Assembly (NCBI RefSeq): GCF_018350175.1 | Contig: NC_058368.1 | Span: forward strand, 102,178,001-102,242,000 | Reading direction: 5' to 3' | Length of the DNA stretch: 64,000 bases | Source of the DNA: Felis catus | Lineage: Eukaryota | In this document: in pieces, positions 12,981-26,477 of the stretch | Layout of the letters: each line of letters starts with the position of its first letter | How positions within the stretch are numbered: position 1 is the stretch's first letter | Translations under genes and position numbers: made by a program | The notes under the pieces: model-generated | The model's database searches: none | Seen by the model: only the letters and a program-made list of their open reading frames with translations | Told to the model about the DNA's origin: nothing

Positions 12981-13216
12981 ATTCCAGACTGGATAAAATT
13001 CCATGTCTACAGCAGGTGATTGGTTTTGATGTTAGTGGAAAAAAATAAATCATATGACTGTTTTGATTTACAGCAAGTGTTGTTCTCCGCTTAACAAAAT
13101 GGGAGAACCAAGTGATTTTTATTGGATGTATTTTTCTGTTAAGAGACACAGTCATTTTGACCTCTGTCAGCGAAGTCTCTTCCAAAGCAGGTGAGTCTTA
13201 AGATACTACTATGAGA

Positions 13217-13478
13217 GGGGCGCCTGGGTGGCGCAGTCGGTTGGGCGTCCGACTTCAGCCAGGTCACGATCTCACGGTCTGTGAGTTTGAGCCCCGCGTC
13301 GGGCTCTGGGCTGATGGCTCAGAGCCTGGAGCCTGTTTCCGATTCTGTGTCTCCCTCCCTCTCTGCCTCTCGCCCGTTCATGCTCTGTCTCTCTCTCTCT
13401 CTCTGTCCCAAAAATAAAATAAAAGTTGAAAAAAAAAAAAAGAACAAAGATTTGTCTTTAAAAAAAAAAAAAAAAAAA
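13217..13478 (+). mobile_element. Young Can-SINE with two-part A tail
   Basis: Perfect TSD AAGATACTACTATGAGA at 13200-13216 and 13479-13495; unique 18-nt insert between two A runs. Confidence 0.97.
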
Positions 13479-14744
13479 AAGATACTACTATGAGAAGCCA
13501 AAGGTACAAGTGATACTAAATCTGTAACTTAAATTTTCAACAGTACTAGTATCTCCCTCTAATTGGCAGACAAGAGATAATAAGCTTTTATTTCTGGCTA
13601 CTAATACTAATTTTCTGCTAGACTGAGATTTGTGTACCCCAAAAGGAAACTCTTGTGGGGCAGTCGAAAGGGAGTATGACCAAGGAAATTATCAGGAGCA
13701 ACTTAGAAAAATCTGGTGACCGGGGTCATTCAGCCCCAAAGCAAAGAAACACAGTTATTGTAAATAAATGCACGCAAGAATAAAAGGCCTTTCTTTTACC
13801 AGAAAAGGTACTAAGGAAGATGCCGAAAAGATACTTCTGAGAGTAATTTGCCTCTACTAATAATTCGGGGTAAATTGTAGAGTGCCTAGGTCATGGGTAT
13901 TCTTTGACCTGTGCAAGCTCATGGGTACTCTTCACGGTGAAAAATTGTGTAACCAAAAATAAATACCTTAAAAACTCATGACCCATGAGAAATAATAATG
14001 ATGGAAGAGTGCCACTGGGGTTTAAACCAACCCAAGAGACATTAAGAAATGGTAGCCTCTATTCATAAAAGGCTGTGTATATTGGAATACATAACATGAG
14101 TGGAAGGATTGTTGAAAGGCCAAGCGCTCAGAGGCAAGAGAACAGGAAAGTTACAAGAAGATGGCGGCAGATGCAGAGGATCTAGTCCCCAAGACTTCTG
14201 TAGGTTGATGGCCCTTAAGCTTTCCTTTCTTGGTAGACAAAAGGGAAGTCAACTACTTAAGGTGGATTGTCTTCTACTGGTGAATCTCACCTAGGATCAG
14301 GCACATTGTAAGGGAGTTGTGTAGATTAAAAGGGATAACGCACATGAAGTGCTTGGAGCAGCGTCTGATGTAAAGTAACCATAACCAAAGTTTACTGTTA
14401 GTATTATTTTGGAAGCACAAAAGACACACTGTGACTCAGGGAAAGTGCGCCTCCTTGTCTGGATAACATCACTTGAGGTCAGAACTGCAAGGGGATGTGT
14501 TAATGGCAAACCAATCACCTCTTCCGATAGGTTCACAAGTGATGAGTTTGTGTCACAAGGTATAAGCCAAAATGAGGTCATCTTGATGTTCATGAACTTC
14601 TATCTTTTCCAGCATGGCAACAAGAAAAGTAGCTTTAGAAAGGATGGAATTTTTCAATGACTTACGTCATTCTCAAGGGTGAAGTTAGAAAGATACCATC
14701 ATAGTAATTGCTTATATTCATTTACAGCTTTCAATTTTATAAAG

Positions 14745-15210
14745 CATGCCCACGCGTTTCCTAGGGGTGCTGAAACAAAGCACCACCAACTGGGCAGCTT
14801 AGAACCAGAGAACTTTTTTCTTTCACAGTTCAGGAAGACAGACATCCAAGATCAGCGTATTGGTGAGGTTGGTTCCGTCTGGGAGCCGCGAGGGAGAATC
14901 TGTCCATGCCTCTTTCCTCCTTCTAGCGATGACAGATGATACTTGGCATTCCTCAGCTGGCGAATAAATCCCTCCAATCTCTGCCTCATGTTCACAATCG
15001 TTTTCTCTGTATTTTCATCCCTTTACATGCCCATCCCCTTATAAGAAGGCCACTCTCATCAGATGAGGGGACCAGCCTACTCCACTATGATGTCATCTGA
15101 ACTTATTCTATCTGCAGGGACCCTGTATCCAAATAAAGTCACGTTCTAAGCTACTGGGGGCTCAGACTTCAACCTATCTTTCTGGGGGAGACCCAATTCA
15201 ACCCCTAAGA
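14745..15210 (-). mobile_element. MLT1 (MLT1C-like) ERVL-MaLR solo LTR
   Basis: Characteristic TTTCCTAGGG..ACAAAGCACCAC..GGGAGAATCTGTCCATGCCTCT..CCAAATAAAGTCAC..CAATTCAACCC. Confidence 0.85.
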
Positions 15211-15829
15211 GCAGCTTTAATAGCATTCATAAAGTAACAACCATTATTCTCACTTTATATATAAAGAACCAAGGGCTTTACTAATGTGTCTTGTACTGGA
15301 CGACACAGCTATTTCTTGGGTTAACCTCAGGTCTTAGGATTCCGTGTGTAATGTCTTTTTGCAAATACATCACCATCCCACAAGAGCTTTCCATTATTGT
15401 TCACCTGCTCTTTATTATGAGCTTTATATATAGGTTAATAGGTTTTGGTTTGCGAATAACAACAGAAACCAACCAACTAACCCTCATATTGGCTTAAACT
15501 ACAAAGATCAATTGGCTATTAAAAGTGAAAATCAATGGGTATAGTGGGTATAGGTTTGACTCTCCCTCCTCCTCTTCTTCCTTATCATCTTCCCTTTTCT
15601 TTCTTGTTCCTTTCCTTCATTTTCTTTCCTTTATGCTCTTAAACAATTCAGTCTAAAAGTCAACAGGTGGGGCCTGAGCAAAGTAAGCATTGGTGTAAGG
15701 GAGGGGAAGGTGGGAGGTGTGGCTGCCCAGAGCAGAGTGTCAAAGCCTGAGCAGGGTCATGAGGGTGTTGACGGTAGGGGATTGAGTGACCGGATGTCAT
15801 GTGTGGAACCTGATGGGGGTGAGGGGGAC

Positions 15830-16260
15830 ATCCATGCAGACATCGTGCACCACTCACGGGCTGCATCAACTTCTGCGATATTCTTGCCAACGATGCGTAA
15901 CCTCAAACTAACCATGAGCAAACAGGGAACGAACTCAAATGGAGGGATATTTCACAAAATAACTGCCGTGGAAGGAAGGACTGAAGGACTGTTCTAGATC
16001 GAAAGAGGCAGAAAGGCGTGAAAACGAAAAGCATGGCCACATCTGGATTGGACTATTATGCTTAGAAGTCACTCATTGGACAATTGACAAAACTTGAATG
16101 TGATTTGAGAAAAAGATGAAAGCAATGAATAAACGTCAATATCCTAATTTTCAGAGTTCCATTTTGCTTTTTCAGGACAATACCCTCACACACACAAAAA
16201 TATGTCCTCATTTGCAAAAAAATAAGTTCTAAAGTATAAAGTTGCCGTGCACACGAACTC
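15830..16260 (+). mobile_element. Ancient L1 (L1MC4/L1ME-type) 3' fragment
   Basis: AAATGGAGGGATATTTCACAAAATAACT..GGACTGTTCTAGAT..CATTGGACAATTGACAAAA motifs. Confidence 0.6.
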
Positions 16261-16369
16261 CACATGAAGAAGGTTTAAATAACTGAAGGAAAATCTGGGT
16301 GGTTATGCAAAGCTGAGAATGGGCAGACAATTACAATACCCATACCGATGGTCAATATACCCTTGTCAC

Positions 16370-16615
16370 TAAGAGCCTGGGTTGTGCAGCCAGACTATCT
16401 AGGGAAAATCTTGGTTTTGTTCATTTCTAGCTCTATGATTTTGGGCAATTTCTTGATTCTATTTTTGCCCACGTGTGCACAGCTATGAGATGAAAGATAA
16501 GCTCACCTCCCACGCAGAATGATTGGGAGAAATCTATGAATCAGCACATGTGAAGCGCTCAGAAGAGGGCCTAGAGCACCAAGAGCATTCAAAAACCATT
16601 AACTATGATTATTAT
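16370..16615 (+). mobile_element. MIR
   Basis: CTAGCTCTATGATTTTGGGCAA..GTGAAGCGCTCAGAA..TATTATTAT. Confidence 0.7.
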
Positions 16616-17069
16616 TATCTCACTTAATTTTTACAAAATCCTGTTTTACGGATACACAGATTCAAAAGGTCATTACTGGGTGCTTCCTATACGCACGGCA
16701 CGGTCTTTTCTGCACAGTGAGAGTATAGGAATGATCCAGACAGACCAGCTCTTTCTAAGGGGCGGTTACAAACACAGCTTGTTTAGGATTAAATAGTAAC
16801 CGCCAGAGCTTGGACTTGAGGTCAGGTTTCTTACATGCTCACTTTCCCCTTCAAGGACCTGCTGCTGTTTAAGTAGAGGGGGCCAGACTATATACTGAAA
16901 CCAGGCAGGATGTTCCAAAAACGATCATGCGCGAGGTGGCGTTTTTTTTTTTTTTTTCCCTCCAAATTTCACACGCTATCGCATGCATTTGTGAACTCTG
17001 TGACTTGCTACGACTGTGAGAGACACTAAAAGACTACACCGGCAAAGGAGAGTTTGATTTTGTTTTTCC

Positions 17070-17290
17070 CTAACACTTATTGAGCACTCACTATGCGTCA
17101 CATACTGTGTATCATCTCATTCCGTTTTCAGGACAAGCCTGTAGAGTCCATGATAATATTTTTCCTCCCATTCTAGATGAAGAAAGGAGGCTCCTCGAAG
17201 GCATTTGCCCAAAGTTACAGAGCAGCGGCTAATGGGCCAACAATTCAAATCCAAGTAAGCCCAACTATTTACTTTTCTCCTCCTGCTCAC
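17070..17290 (-). mobile_element. MIR
   Basis: TTATTGAGCACTCACTATG..CCCATTCTAGATGAAGAAA..TTGCCCAAAGTTACA. Confidence 0.75.
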
Positions 17291-18619
17291 TATGGCAGCC
17301 AAAGCAGCAGCAAATAGTAGATGCTTCATTCACTAGCATGTTCTGAGTTAACTACTATTTCCCAGAAACTATCTTGAATACTATGGGTGAGAGAAAGCTG
17401 CACGATTCCTACCTTCAGAGCAGTCCCCTGCTGGTCTAGTGCATGCAATATACATATGGAGTCTTCCTGAAACCTAGTCATGATGAAGAATACAGCCGGT
17501 GGTGAGTTTTCAATGGGAAACAAAGTATCTCACGGCTGCTACCACGCCGCAGCATCTAAGGGGAGGCTTAGCCTGCGTGCCAAATATAAGTGAATGTTGA
17601 TTTTTAACACGTAGTGAAATTCTATGTATATACGCCAAGGACAATGGCAAGAGAGGCAATAATTTAAATGAGGGCAGCAGAGAAAGTGAAACAGACAGAA
17701 TAGTGGAATTCTCTGGGTTTATCGCATCTCCCCAGGAGGCTCTGGGGCACAGGAGGAAAATGGTCTTTAGAGAACGTAGCAAGTATTTGAGCTATGCGTC
17801 TACCCCCGCCTTACCTGCCTCCTGTCATGCTTTTTCTCTCGCTCGCTTTCTCTTTTTCTGTGCTCTTCCCCATCGCCCTCCTCCCTCTGCTTTCTCCTTA
17901 CCTTTCTGTACCTTTACAATGGTGCTCTGCCCTTGCCTTAAACCTGGTAGTGGCCCTTGAGGGCTCTGCCTGTCCTGCTGCTGACATCTAGGGCAGCGTG
18001 TCTGCTAAACCTGTGTTCTGGGTGATAGGGCATCAAATGGAATCCCTGACTCGTGAGAACTATTAAGGATCCCGTGGAACTTCTCACCGTGGTGTTAACT
18101 GAACGATCTGGCCCCGTGCCCTCTGAGCTATTGCTTTGGCCTCCTGCAGACCCCTGTCTGAAGTTTCAATCGAAGAGTTATCTCTCACCTCTTCAAAGAC
18201 TCCTCCACGGATTTGCCACAGTCAAGGCCATCTCTAGGCACACATTCCCCATTGGCTGTTGGCCTCTGGAGTCTGTCTCTCCAACCACAGCTATTTCCTG
18301 CATTGCCCCAGTGAACTCACGCGATTCCCTGGGCCGCCCAAGCCCCGAACTCGAGAGGTGCACCCAAGCCTGTCTTCTGAATGACATCACGTGCTCCGAA
18401 CCCGTCCTTTACTCTGCTCCCCTTCTCCTGCCCAAACAGGCTAGGCCTACATCCTCTTCTCTTGGAGCCTGTTGGAGACCCATTCTCTAGGCTGAGAAAC
18501 TCATCTGTGTTCAAGGGGTAATACCTGCAAATGATCGAGAGTTTGCCTCCCCTCCCTCCAAAACTCCTCAATTCTCTCCCCGCAAATGTTACTTCAGAAT
18601 CACAGATAATAATCCGCTA

Positions 18620-18840
18620 TGGAGAAGTTAGCCTGGGTCGAGCACTTAGAGAGGGGTTTTCCACTCGGCTTATTTGATATTTGTAACAAATCTGTAAGAG
18701 CTGTGGGTGCTGTGGGCAGCAGCCCCATTTTACAGACCAAGAAAGCGAGGCAAAAGGAGGGTAACTAACTCATCCAAAGTCACCCAGAGAAGAAATGACA
18801 GAGCCAGGATTTGCTTCCAGGCATTTGGGTCCTTGAGGGC
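18620..18840 (-). mobile_element. MIR
   Basis: CCCCATTTTACAGA..TAACTCATCCAAAGTCACCCAG..GAGCCAGGATTTG. Confidence 0.7.
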
Positions 18841-19572
18841 CTCCTCTTTCCAACGCCCACGCTTCCTGGCCAGCCTACCCCCCCCTTGCTCTGCTATTTC
18901 CCCTCAAAACGCCCTTCAAGGTTACATGATGAAGCTGGAACCCACTAGAAAGCAAACAAGCCCCGCTTGGTCTCACCCTCACACTGCCTTCCAGAAATTA
19001 ATCTCTATTTCTCTGCCCCCCTGGCTGATGCTTGGAATGGCTATCCCCTTCATAGACTGCACACTCTTGTAAGTCTGCCTTCAGGCATGAGCCTCTGTGT
19101 GACTGCCTTTTCCCATGCTTCCTGACTGGAAACCTCTTTCTCCTGCTTCTAAACCCATCTCAAAAGCCTGGTCCCCTTTGAAGCCGACCTCCAGGCAGGT
19201 CATTAAGAATTGATACTTTTTTGCTCCCAACTGCTTTGCAATGTAGGCGACAGCGTGCAGACCAGCTTGGTGGGGGTAGGGTGGGGGAAGACGGCTTTAC
19301 ATATCCTGGGGCTCCAAATATATAAGCAGGGTCCTTGGTTCCCTCTCTGTCTCTCTTCACTCCCCATGAAAGACTCTGTGTGTGACAGGTCAGTGGCTAA
19401 GAGCGGCCCGAGACTCAGAGCCTCTTGGTTTAGTGATGCTAGTAAAGACAAGGCTTTTTCTCCAAGACCATTAACAGAAGTGTCACAGAGAGGTCTCTAA
19501 TGAGCCTAGTTTAGACCACCTGTCCAATCCTAAACCAGTCACTGTAACTAGGGAGGGGAGAATTTAGTTTTT

Positions 19573-19791
19573 TTTTTTCAACTTTTTTTTTTTTTTTTTT
19601 TTTTTTGGGACAGAGAGAGACAGAGCATGAACGGGGGAGGGGCAGAGAGAGAGGGAGACACAGAATCGGAAACAGGCTCCAGGCTCCGAGCCGTCAGCCC
19701 GGAGCCCGACGCGGGGCTCAAACTCACGGACCGCGAGATCGTGACCTGGCTGAAGTCCGACGCTTAACCGACTGCGCCACCCAGGCCCCCC
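19573..19791 (-). mobile_element. Young Can-SINE
   Basis: TSD GAGAATTT(A/C)GTTTTT at 19558-19572 and 19792-19806; long T run. Confidence 0.96.
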
Positions 19792-20941
19792 GAGAATTTC
19801 GTTTTTAACTGCCTTTTACATGACCATCCTATTCGTAGAAAGGGTAGCAGGACAGGATACAATGGTCCACGGATACGAAATGAAGGAAAAGTTTAAACTA
19901 CAGAAAACTGGGTTCCTTCTTTAAAAAAGCATTAAAAGATGATGGGAAGACCAAAGATTTCCGTTATATTCTACCCAGAGCCTGGCTAACATTCATACTA
20001 CTCTTTTTTTTTTTTTTTTTTTCCGCACATAGTATTTCCAGAACACTGTCACTACCAGCTCTTCCACTAACGATCCAAAGCACATGATTCAAAACTGACA
20101 ATCAAAAAGCTTACCAGATGGCCAGGCCTACCTCCTGGTTCAGGACCTCCTCTCTCAGTCCAAGCAAGTGAGGCTTGTACTGCCAGGAGCCTGTAAAATT
20201 AACCACCCAACACACTCCACATACAGTGGTGGAGTAAAATAAGTTAAATAGGCCAAGAACAGCCACTGAAAAACCACCAGCGATGGGTACTGCTCTCAAA
20301 CACATATCATATTCTGCCAGACGGGGATTGCAGAGGTTCCCTACCCAGCAGCAAAGTGGCTTTTCTAAATTAGTTAATACGACCTTCCCGGTTCTTCCTC
20401 TGGAAAAAGACCATCCGTGTCTGCTGTTCTTCAAAATCACGTATGGGAGAAAACTGAAGGATAGTCTTTCCCCGGCGAAGGAACTGCCAGAGTCCCCCAA
20501 TTTTTTTCTCCCTGAAGTTTTAGGGGCTAAGAAATTGCAGACCCCGATCTTGCAAAATGAGGACCTTAAAAATTCACTTGGCTACTGCACAGTTAAGTTT
20601 CTAGAAAATCCAGGGATGAATCATTGAAGTCAGAGAATTTGTCAAGGCATGGTCTCTGGATCTGGGTTAGGGTTAGGGTTACCCTTTGTGCATCTGTCTC
20701 TTCGTGAGAGGTCCCCTCACGGCCCTCAACTTTTAAATTGTTCTCATGGCAGAGCCCTCTCCTCTGTGCTGAGACGATCTAGCTTATATCCGAGTGAGGA
20801 CCTTTCTTACAACATCTTTCTGAGAACTTCACCAAGAGATCAAGAGGGAGGTTGTAGGTGTGTAGGGGTAAGGAGTATATGGGAACCCTCTGTACCTTCC
20901 ATTCAATTTTGCTTCAAGCCTAAAACTTCTTTAAAAATTAT

Positions 20942-21165
20942 GGGGCGCCTGGGTGGCGCAGTCGGTTAAGCGTCCGACTTCAGCCGGGTCACGATCTCGC
21001 GGTCCGGGAGTTCGAGCCCCGCGTCGGGCTCTGGGCTGACGGCTCGGAGCCTGGAGCCTGTTTCCGATTCTGTGTCTCCCTCTCTCTCTGCCCCTCCCCT
21101 GTTCATGCTCTGTCTCTCTCTGTCCCAAAAATAAATAAACGTTGAAAAAAAAATTTTTTTTAATT
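20942..21165 (+). mobile_element. Young Can-SINE
   Basis: Near-consensus CpG-rich body; follows an L1M 3' end (~20830-20940). Confidence 0.96.
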
Positions 21166-21194
21166 AAATTAATTAAGCCTATTAATTTCTTTCT

Positions 21195-21389
21195 TTTAAA
21201 CTTTATTTATTTATTTTGAGAGAGAGAGAGAGCAGGAGAGAGGCAGAGAAAGAGGTAGAAAGAACATCCTAAGCAGGGTCTGCACCAGCAGCATGGAGCC
21301 CGACGCAGGGCTCGAACTCACGAACCCTGGGATCACGACCTGAGCTGAAACCAACCGTCAAATGCCTGACTGAACCACCCAGGTGCCCC
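21195..21389 (-). mobile_element. Older Can-SINE, tail-to-tail with the previous copy
   Basis: Head AGGTGCCCC ends at 21389; degenerate TSD GC(C/T)TATTAATTT. Confidence 0.92.
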
Positions 21390-22659
21390 ATGCTTATTAA
21401 TTTTTTTTTAAGTAGAAAATTCCAAGATGCCGGCATGTGTTCACAAAACCTTCCAAAGTTACGTTGTGTTGCAGGCATAGATCTGTATCAAAAAAACAAC
21501 AAGAAATGACACCATCAGGAGGTGCTCCGCTGTCACTTAACAAGCATTGTTGACTTCTCTGTCAGAGGTAGGAGGATCTTCACTGTCCCACACTCTGCCA
21601 TGACTCCACCAATTCCATCTTTTAGCTTTGGTTGTCCACTACAAGCCATTCCTGCCACCAATTTGTGGATTATCCACGGTCTTACAATGACAACAAAAAC
21701 AGTCTCTTGCTAATAACAAGACAACAGCAACAACAACACAAGATACAATTATACAAGAGAAATCCATTGATGAGCTCTAAGTCTCTCAAAGACTTACAAG
21801 AGGACCATCAGGCCCCAGGAAGCAGAGGAAGAGGGTAGTTCTAGGAATCTTGGCGGTGGGGAATAACGGGCCATCTCTCTCCAGAGCGGTACCCTCAGGG
21901 GGACACAAGTCCTGTTTTCTCTCCTGTGCCATCACGCTCACGACTCAAACCTCTGGCAAAGAACGTGAGTCACGGGAGTCACGTGCTCATTCCCGAAGGA
22001 ATCCAGGAGGAGGCAAGAGATGAACAGATGGGATATTTTCTCTCTGATTGGCTACGTCTCATTGTTGGGCCCATATGTGAGGCTGATAAAACTCAGGGTC
22101 ACAGTCAGAATCCGTTTCGTACCACAAAGAGAATTTGTAATGCCAGGGAAAAGGTAAAGGGTGATGGGAAGGCCAGCTTTATAAATCTCCCCTATAGTAT
22201 CAAGCATGGCACTTACTTCTCGGCCTTGTCTTCTGTTGTTTATGTGTCCATCACTCTTACAGGACTCGGTGCTGTGTTCGACAGCGGCCCCGTATCTATT
22301 TGAAAACTAGACACGTAGAGTTTTCTCCATATGCGTTTTCTAACCGCTGGCTTCAAGTATTATTCATGTAAGATAGGCTAACAGGGATCTTTTAGGAACA
22401 GTGTGCCCCCCTCCCCACCGCTTTTAAGAGATGACATAAATGTCAGGGACCACTTTCGGGTAAGTGGTTCATCTAAGCACAAAGCATTCCAACTGGTAAC
22501 TCTGTTGGGGGTGGGGGGGAGGCACATTCAGAATTGAGCTCCCAGGCCCTCTCCTCATCTTCACATCCATCCCAGCCCATCCCGCACGTGTCACAGTGAG
22601 AAAAGGACTTTTCCACAATCTACAGCCGAATAGCTGGGTAGCCTAGCCATTCAGAAGAC

Positions 22660-22830
22660 GGGCTGTGGAATCATAAAACCCAGGCCTACCTATGGACTGC
22701 AGTCCGTAGGTGAAATGGGGATAATATCATCGACTTCATGTTTGCCACGAAGACTAAATCCAATAGTGCTAATAAGTCTTAGCACCATTTACCGCGTATG
22801 GTAAAACCCAATAAATAGTATAGCTTTTAT
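22660..22830 (+). mobile_element. MIR fragment
   Basis: GTGAAATGGGGATAATA..GAAGACTAAAT..CTTAGCAC..CAATAAATAGTA. Confidence 0.6.
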
Positions 22831-23714
22831 TAAATCTGACCTGCCATTATATTTGATAGGTGAATATTTCCAGGGGATTTTTTTTTGACAATAAACACAG
22901 GTTATCAATTACCTAACAGAATAATCACGTTGGAATCTTTGCCACGTTGCTAGCTCTGATCCCATTAATAATGCGTTATCGGTCTTATTAATGATCATCG
23001 TGCTATCCCTTACACAAATATTAAGTTTTGCCTTTTAGCCCTAGGCCCTTTATTCCTGTGCTCATTAACTTTGTACCATTATAAAGTCATTCTCTGTCAC
23101 TCTTTATATTTGTTCCTCTAGGTGATTTGATACTAATAAGAACTCCTTGCATGTAGCAACCTTGCCGCAAATATCACTGTACCTTCTATCACAGGTTGGA
23201 CAGGCTACTGCTCATTAACCTTGGAGATCAAGCTCAAGATTGAAAACATACAGTTTGCAGAGACCCCACAATCACTACATTTATCTTCGCTCCCCTTCTA
23301 TTTTTCTCTTTTCCTTTCCCATTCTCTCTGTTCCTCACATACCTGAGGGAGAAACTGGACATCATGGCCACGCAGGGTTGGTTCGCTGAGTCTCTCGATC
23401 CTGGCAGTAGAGAACCATAAGGCTGGCACCTGCCGTGACCCTCCCTGAGTTATGTCGATGTGCGACTAACATGGGGCCCTCTGTAGACATTTGTAAGCAT
23501 GCCGGGACCACATATTATTTAATCTCCTCCTTCTATTAGGCCAGGTCTGTCCGGGAATGTTCTAAAACCCTCTGATGAAAGGATGAAGTTGAAACATAAC
23601 TTCTCTTACCTCTTTGACTGCTAAGTGCATGTTTTATTCTTATCGTTAGTTGAAGATGGCTAGCATCGAAAATATCATGCACGTTCTTCTTCCAAACTTT
23701 AAAAAATACTCGCC

Positions 23715-24259
23715 TCTCTATTCAACCAGCACTGACTAAACCTCTCCTTAGTTCAACTGTCCTAAACAATAGAGACCTAGTAGTGAGCAATGCAGATTAT
23801 GGTCTGTACCCTTATGCCCATACAATCTGGTGTGGAAGACCAGGAATTAAAAAAACAATTATAAAAGAAAGTAGAAAGCACTGCCAGGAAAGACCCTCAA
23901 GGTGACCCTTCAGAAGCAAACAGCAGGAAGCTTTAACGGGAAAGATATCAGAGGAAACCTCCCAGGGAAAGTCCAGGGTAATGGGTGAGATTTAGCTACA
24001 TTAAAAGGAAGCTGGACAAGACAAAGACTGAAGACAGAGTAAAGGCAGACCTACAAGTGGTTCTCCTGCATGGTGCTTAGCACCTAGTAAATGCTCAGTA
24101 AACTCTTGTTGACTGAAAGAGACAGGAAAAGGATGACGTATCAGTGGAAAGGAAGTAAGTTTACTACACCAAAGAGTAAAAGCAACGAAAAGAGGCAAGA
24201 TGAAGTAGAATGGATAAGTAGAGGCGACATCATGTAATTCACTCAAAAAGCGTGAAAGT

Positions 24260-24292
<33 letters not shown>

Positions 24293-25600
24293 ACACAATA
24301 CCGAGCCACCGAGAAATGTAAAACAAGAGAATGACTTGGATAGATTTTTGTTTTAGGAATATCATTTTGGCTGCAGTATAGAAAGGAGACTGGGAACAAT
24401 ACAGGAGCTAGACAAGTTAGAAGTACGGAGTAACCCAAGCAAGAGAGGACAGCGGCTGGGACTAAGGTATGTAGAAAATTGGATGGATTTGAAAAACAAT
24501 TAGGGTTGTGTGAAGATGTCTTCAAGGCACTGAATGAGAAGCATCGGTTAGGGAAAAAAGATCGAGGAGAAATCTCAAGTTAGTAGCCTGAGCCGCAGCG
24601 TTATTTGCTTACGCAAACACATGGGAGAAAGAGCGGGTTTGAGACAAAAGATAATTTGTTCTGTACTGAGTTGGAGATGCCTGTAGAACATCCAAGCAGA
24701 GATGTCTAGTAGGTGACTGAATGAGTGGGTCTGAAGTCCAGTAAAGATACATGTGTTGGAAATAAAGATTGGGGACTTGTGAGAATATGGCTGAAAAATT
24801 AAACAGAGTGAAACGGAAGGGGTCATATGGTCTGGGGAGAGTCTAACGGGGGCCGATACTAAAGACCTAAGCAGATAAACGATGAAAATGCAAAACAAAA
24901 AAAAAATCCAAGAGGAAGTGGTCAGAGAATAATAGGGAAACCAGGAGTCTCTGATGCCATGTATGTCAATGAGAAAAAGTGTTTTCAGATAAATGAAATT
25001 ATCAGTTTCAAATGCTGCCCATGAGTTAAATATGAGTATTCCTGGAAAGTGTATATCCAAGGAATTTTGCAAAAAGCCCATCTCTTGTGACCCACAAGAG
25101 TAGATTCAGAAGAGTAGTGGGAGGAAAACCCAGATTACTTTGGGTTGAGAGACAAGGGCAGGTAAAGAAGAAAAAAAGGAAACAGCAGTGTAGGCTTCTT
25201 ATTTCATGAAGATTGGCTGTTAAGAAAAAGGAAAAGTCAGTAGTCAGAGGAAGACACGAGATCAGTGGGGGGGGGGAGGCTCAAGCGTAGATTGGAAAGA
25301 AATCACCAAATGGAACAAAGTGAAAGATATAAGGAGAGAAGAAGCGCAACGAATAGATGAAGAGGAGTCCAGTAGGGAGGGGACATCTATTTGGAACAAG
25401 GGACACGCATTTCACAGAAATATAAGGAGAACAAAATGGGCAGAGATGCAAGTGTGGGCACAGAGATGGGAGTTTGTAGGAAACCTGGTCGATGGCTTCC
25501 AATTTTCTCTGTACAAGATCCAGGAAGGTCCTCCAACGAGTGTTACTGGGAAGGGAGGGGGACAGGAAGTTGAAGAACGGAGGTGTAAGGAAAAAGAGCC
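23715..25600 (-). mobile_element. L2 LINE relic, fragmented, with (TG)n at ~24263-24290
   Basis: L2 3' end motifs (ATTCAACCAGCACTGACT.., ATCATTTTGGCTGCAGTATAG, TGAGTTGGAGATGCCTGTAGAACATCCAAG, TCAAATGCTGC); explains the purine skew and the long minus-strand ORFs. Confidence 0.75.
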
Positions 25601-26016
25601 CAAAGGAACACAGAGAAGGATAACAAGAAGACACCAAAAGCCCAGAAGGATGTATCGTCTCAGTCTTCCTACCGTCCGGCACTTTTCCCTACCCATACTA
25701 AAAGGACAGGCACAGACAGGGGCTTAGGATGGACCTCCTTGGATTACTCTGCCAGCTTCAAGAGTCAAATAGCTGGCCCTCTTCTGGGCTTACAGGAAGG
25801 AGTCGAATCTAGGAATTTAGAGAGATTCCTGCAAAATAGGCATAGTGCTTACCATTACGGTGGCCCCAACGCTGTGAGATAAGGAAAAGGGGAAGCAACA
25901 CCACTTGGGTTAACAGTTGAGACCTGAGGTCTAACAGTAACTCTGCCCAAACAGCTGTGCTGCCTTCATCCGGTCCACTGGGTCTCAGTTTCCTAATCGA
26001 TAAAATGAAAGCATTA

Positions 26017-26230
26017 GGGGCACCTGGGTGGCTCATTCAGTTGGACATCTGCCTCTTGATTCTGCCTCAGGTCACAATCCCAGGGTCATTGGGGTCGAGC
26101 CCGGCGTAGGGCTCTGCACTGAGCATGGAGCCTGCTTAGCATTCTCTCTCTCTCTCTCTCTCTCTCTCCCTCCCTCCCTCCCTCCCTCCCTCCCTTGCTT
26201 GTGCGTGCTCTCTCTAAAGTGGAAAAAAAA
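26017..26230 (+). mobile_element. Older Can-SINE inserted in a MIR
   Basis: Degenerate TSD AAAATGAAA(GC/CG)ATT; flanked by MIR core CTGGGTCTCAGTTTCCTAATC. Confidence 0.9.
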
Positions 26231-26477
26231 ATGAAACGATTGTATGAGATGTTATCCTCCAACGAAGTCATCTAGGTTTCTGGGAAAACAATGGGGCTCA
26301 CCTACATCGGGTGGAAGGGTATCTCCACAATATCACCATAAACTGCCCATGCCACAAACAGCCAAACCAAGAAACTTCTAGAAACTCTCCTCTACAAGGC
26401 AATAGAGATCCCCTGACTATCTCCAAACCCATATTTCATCCGTAACCAAAAACAGAATGAAAGGTCTACAGAATCTG

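Noticed and set aside
24001..25727. Several long ORFs (133-174 aa)
   Set aside because: They lie in strand-skewed L2 relic sequence; low-complexity translations with no recognisable domain.
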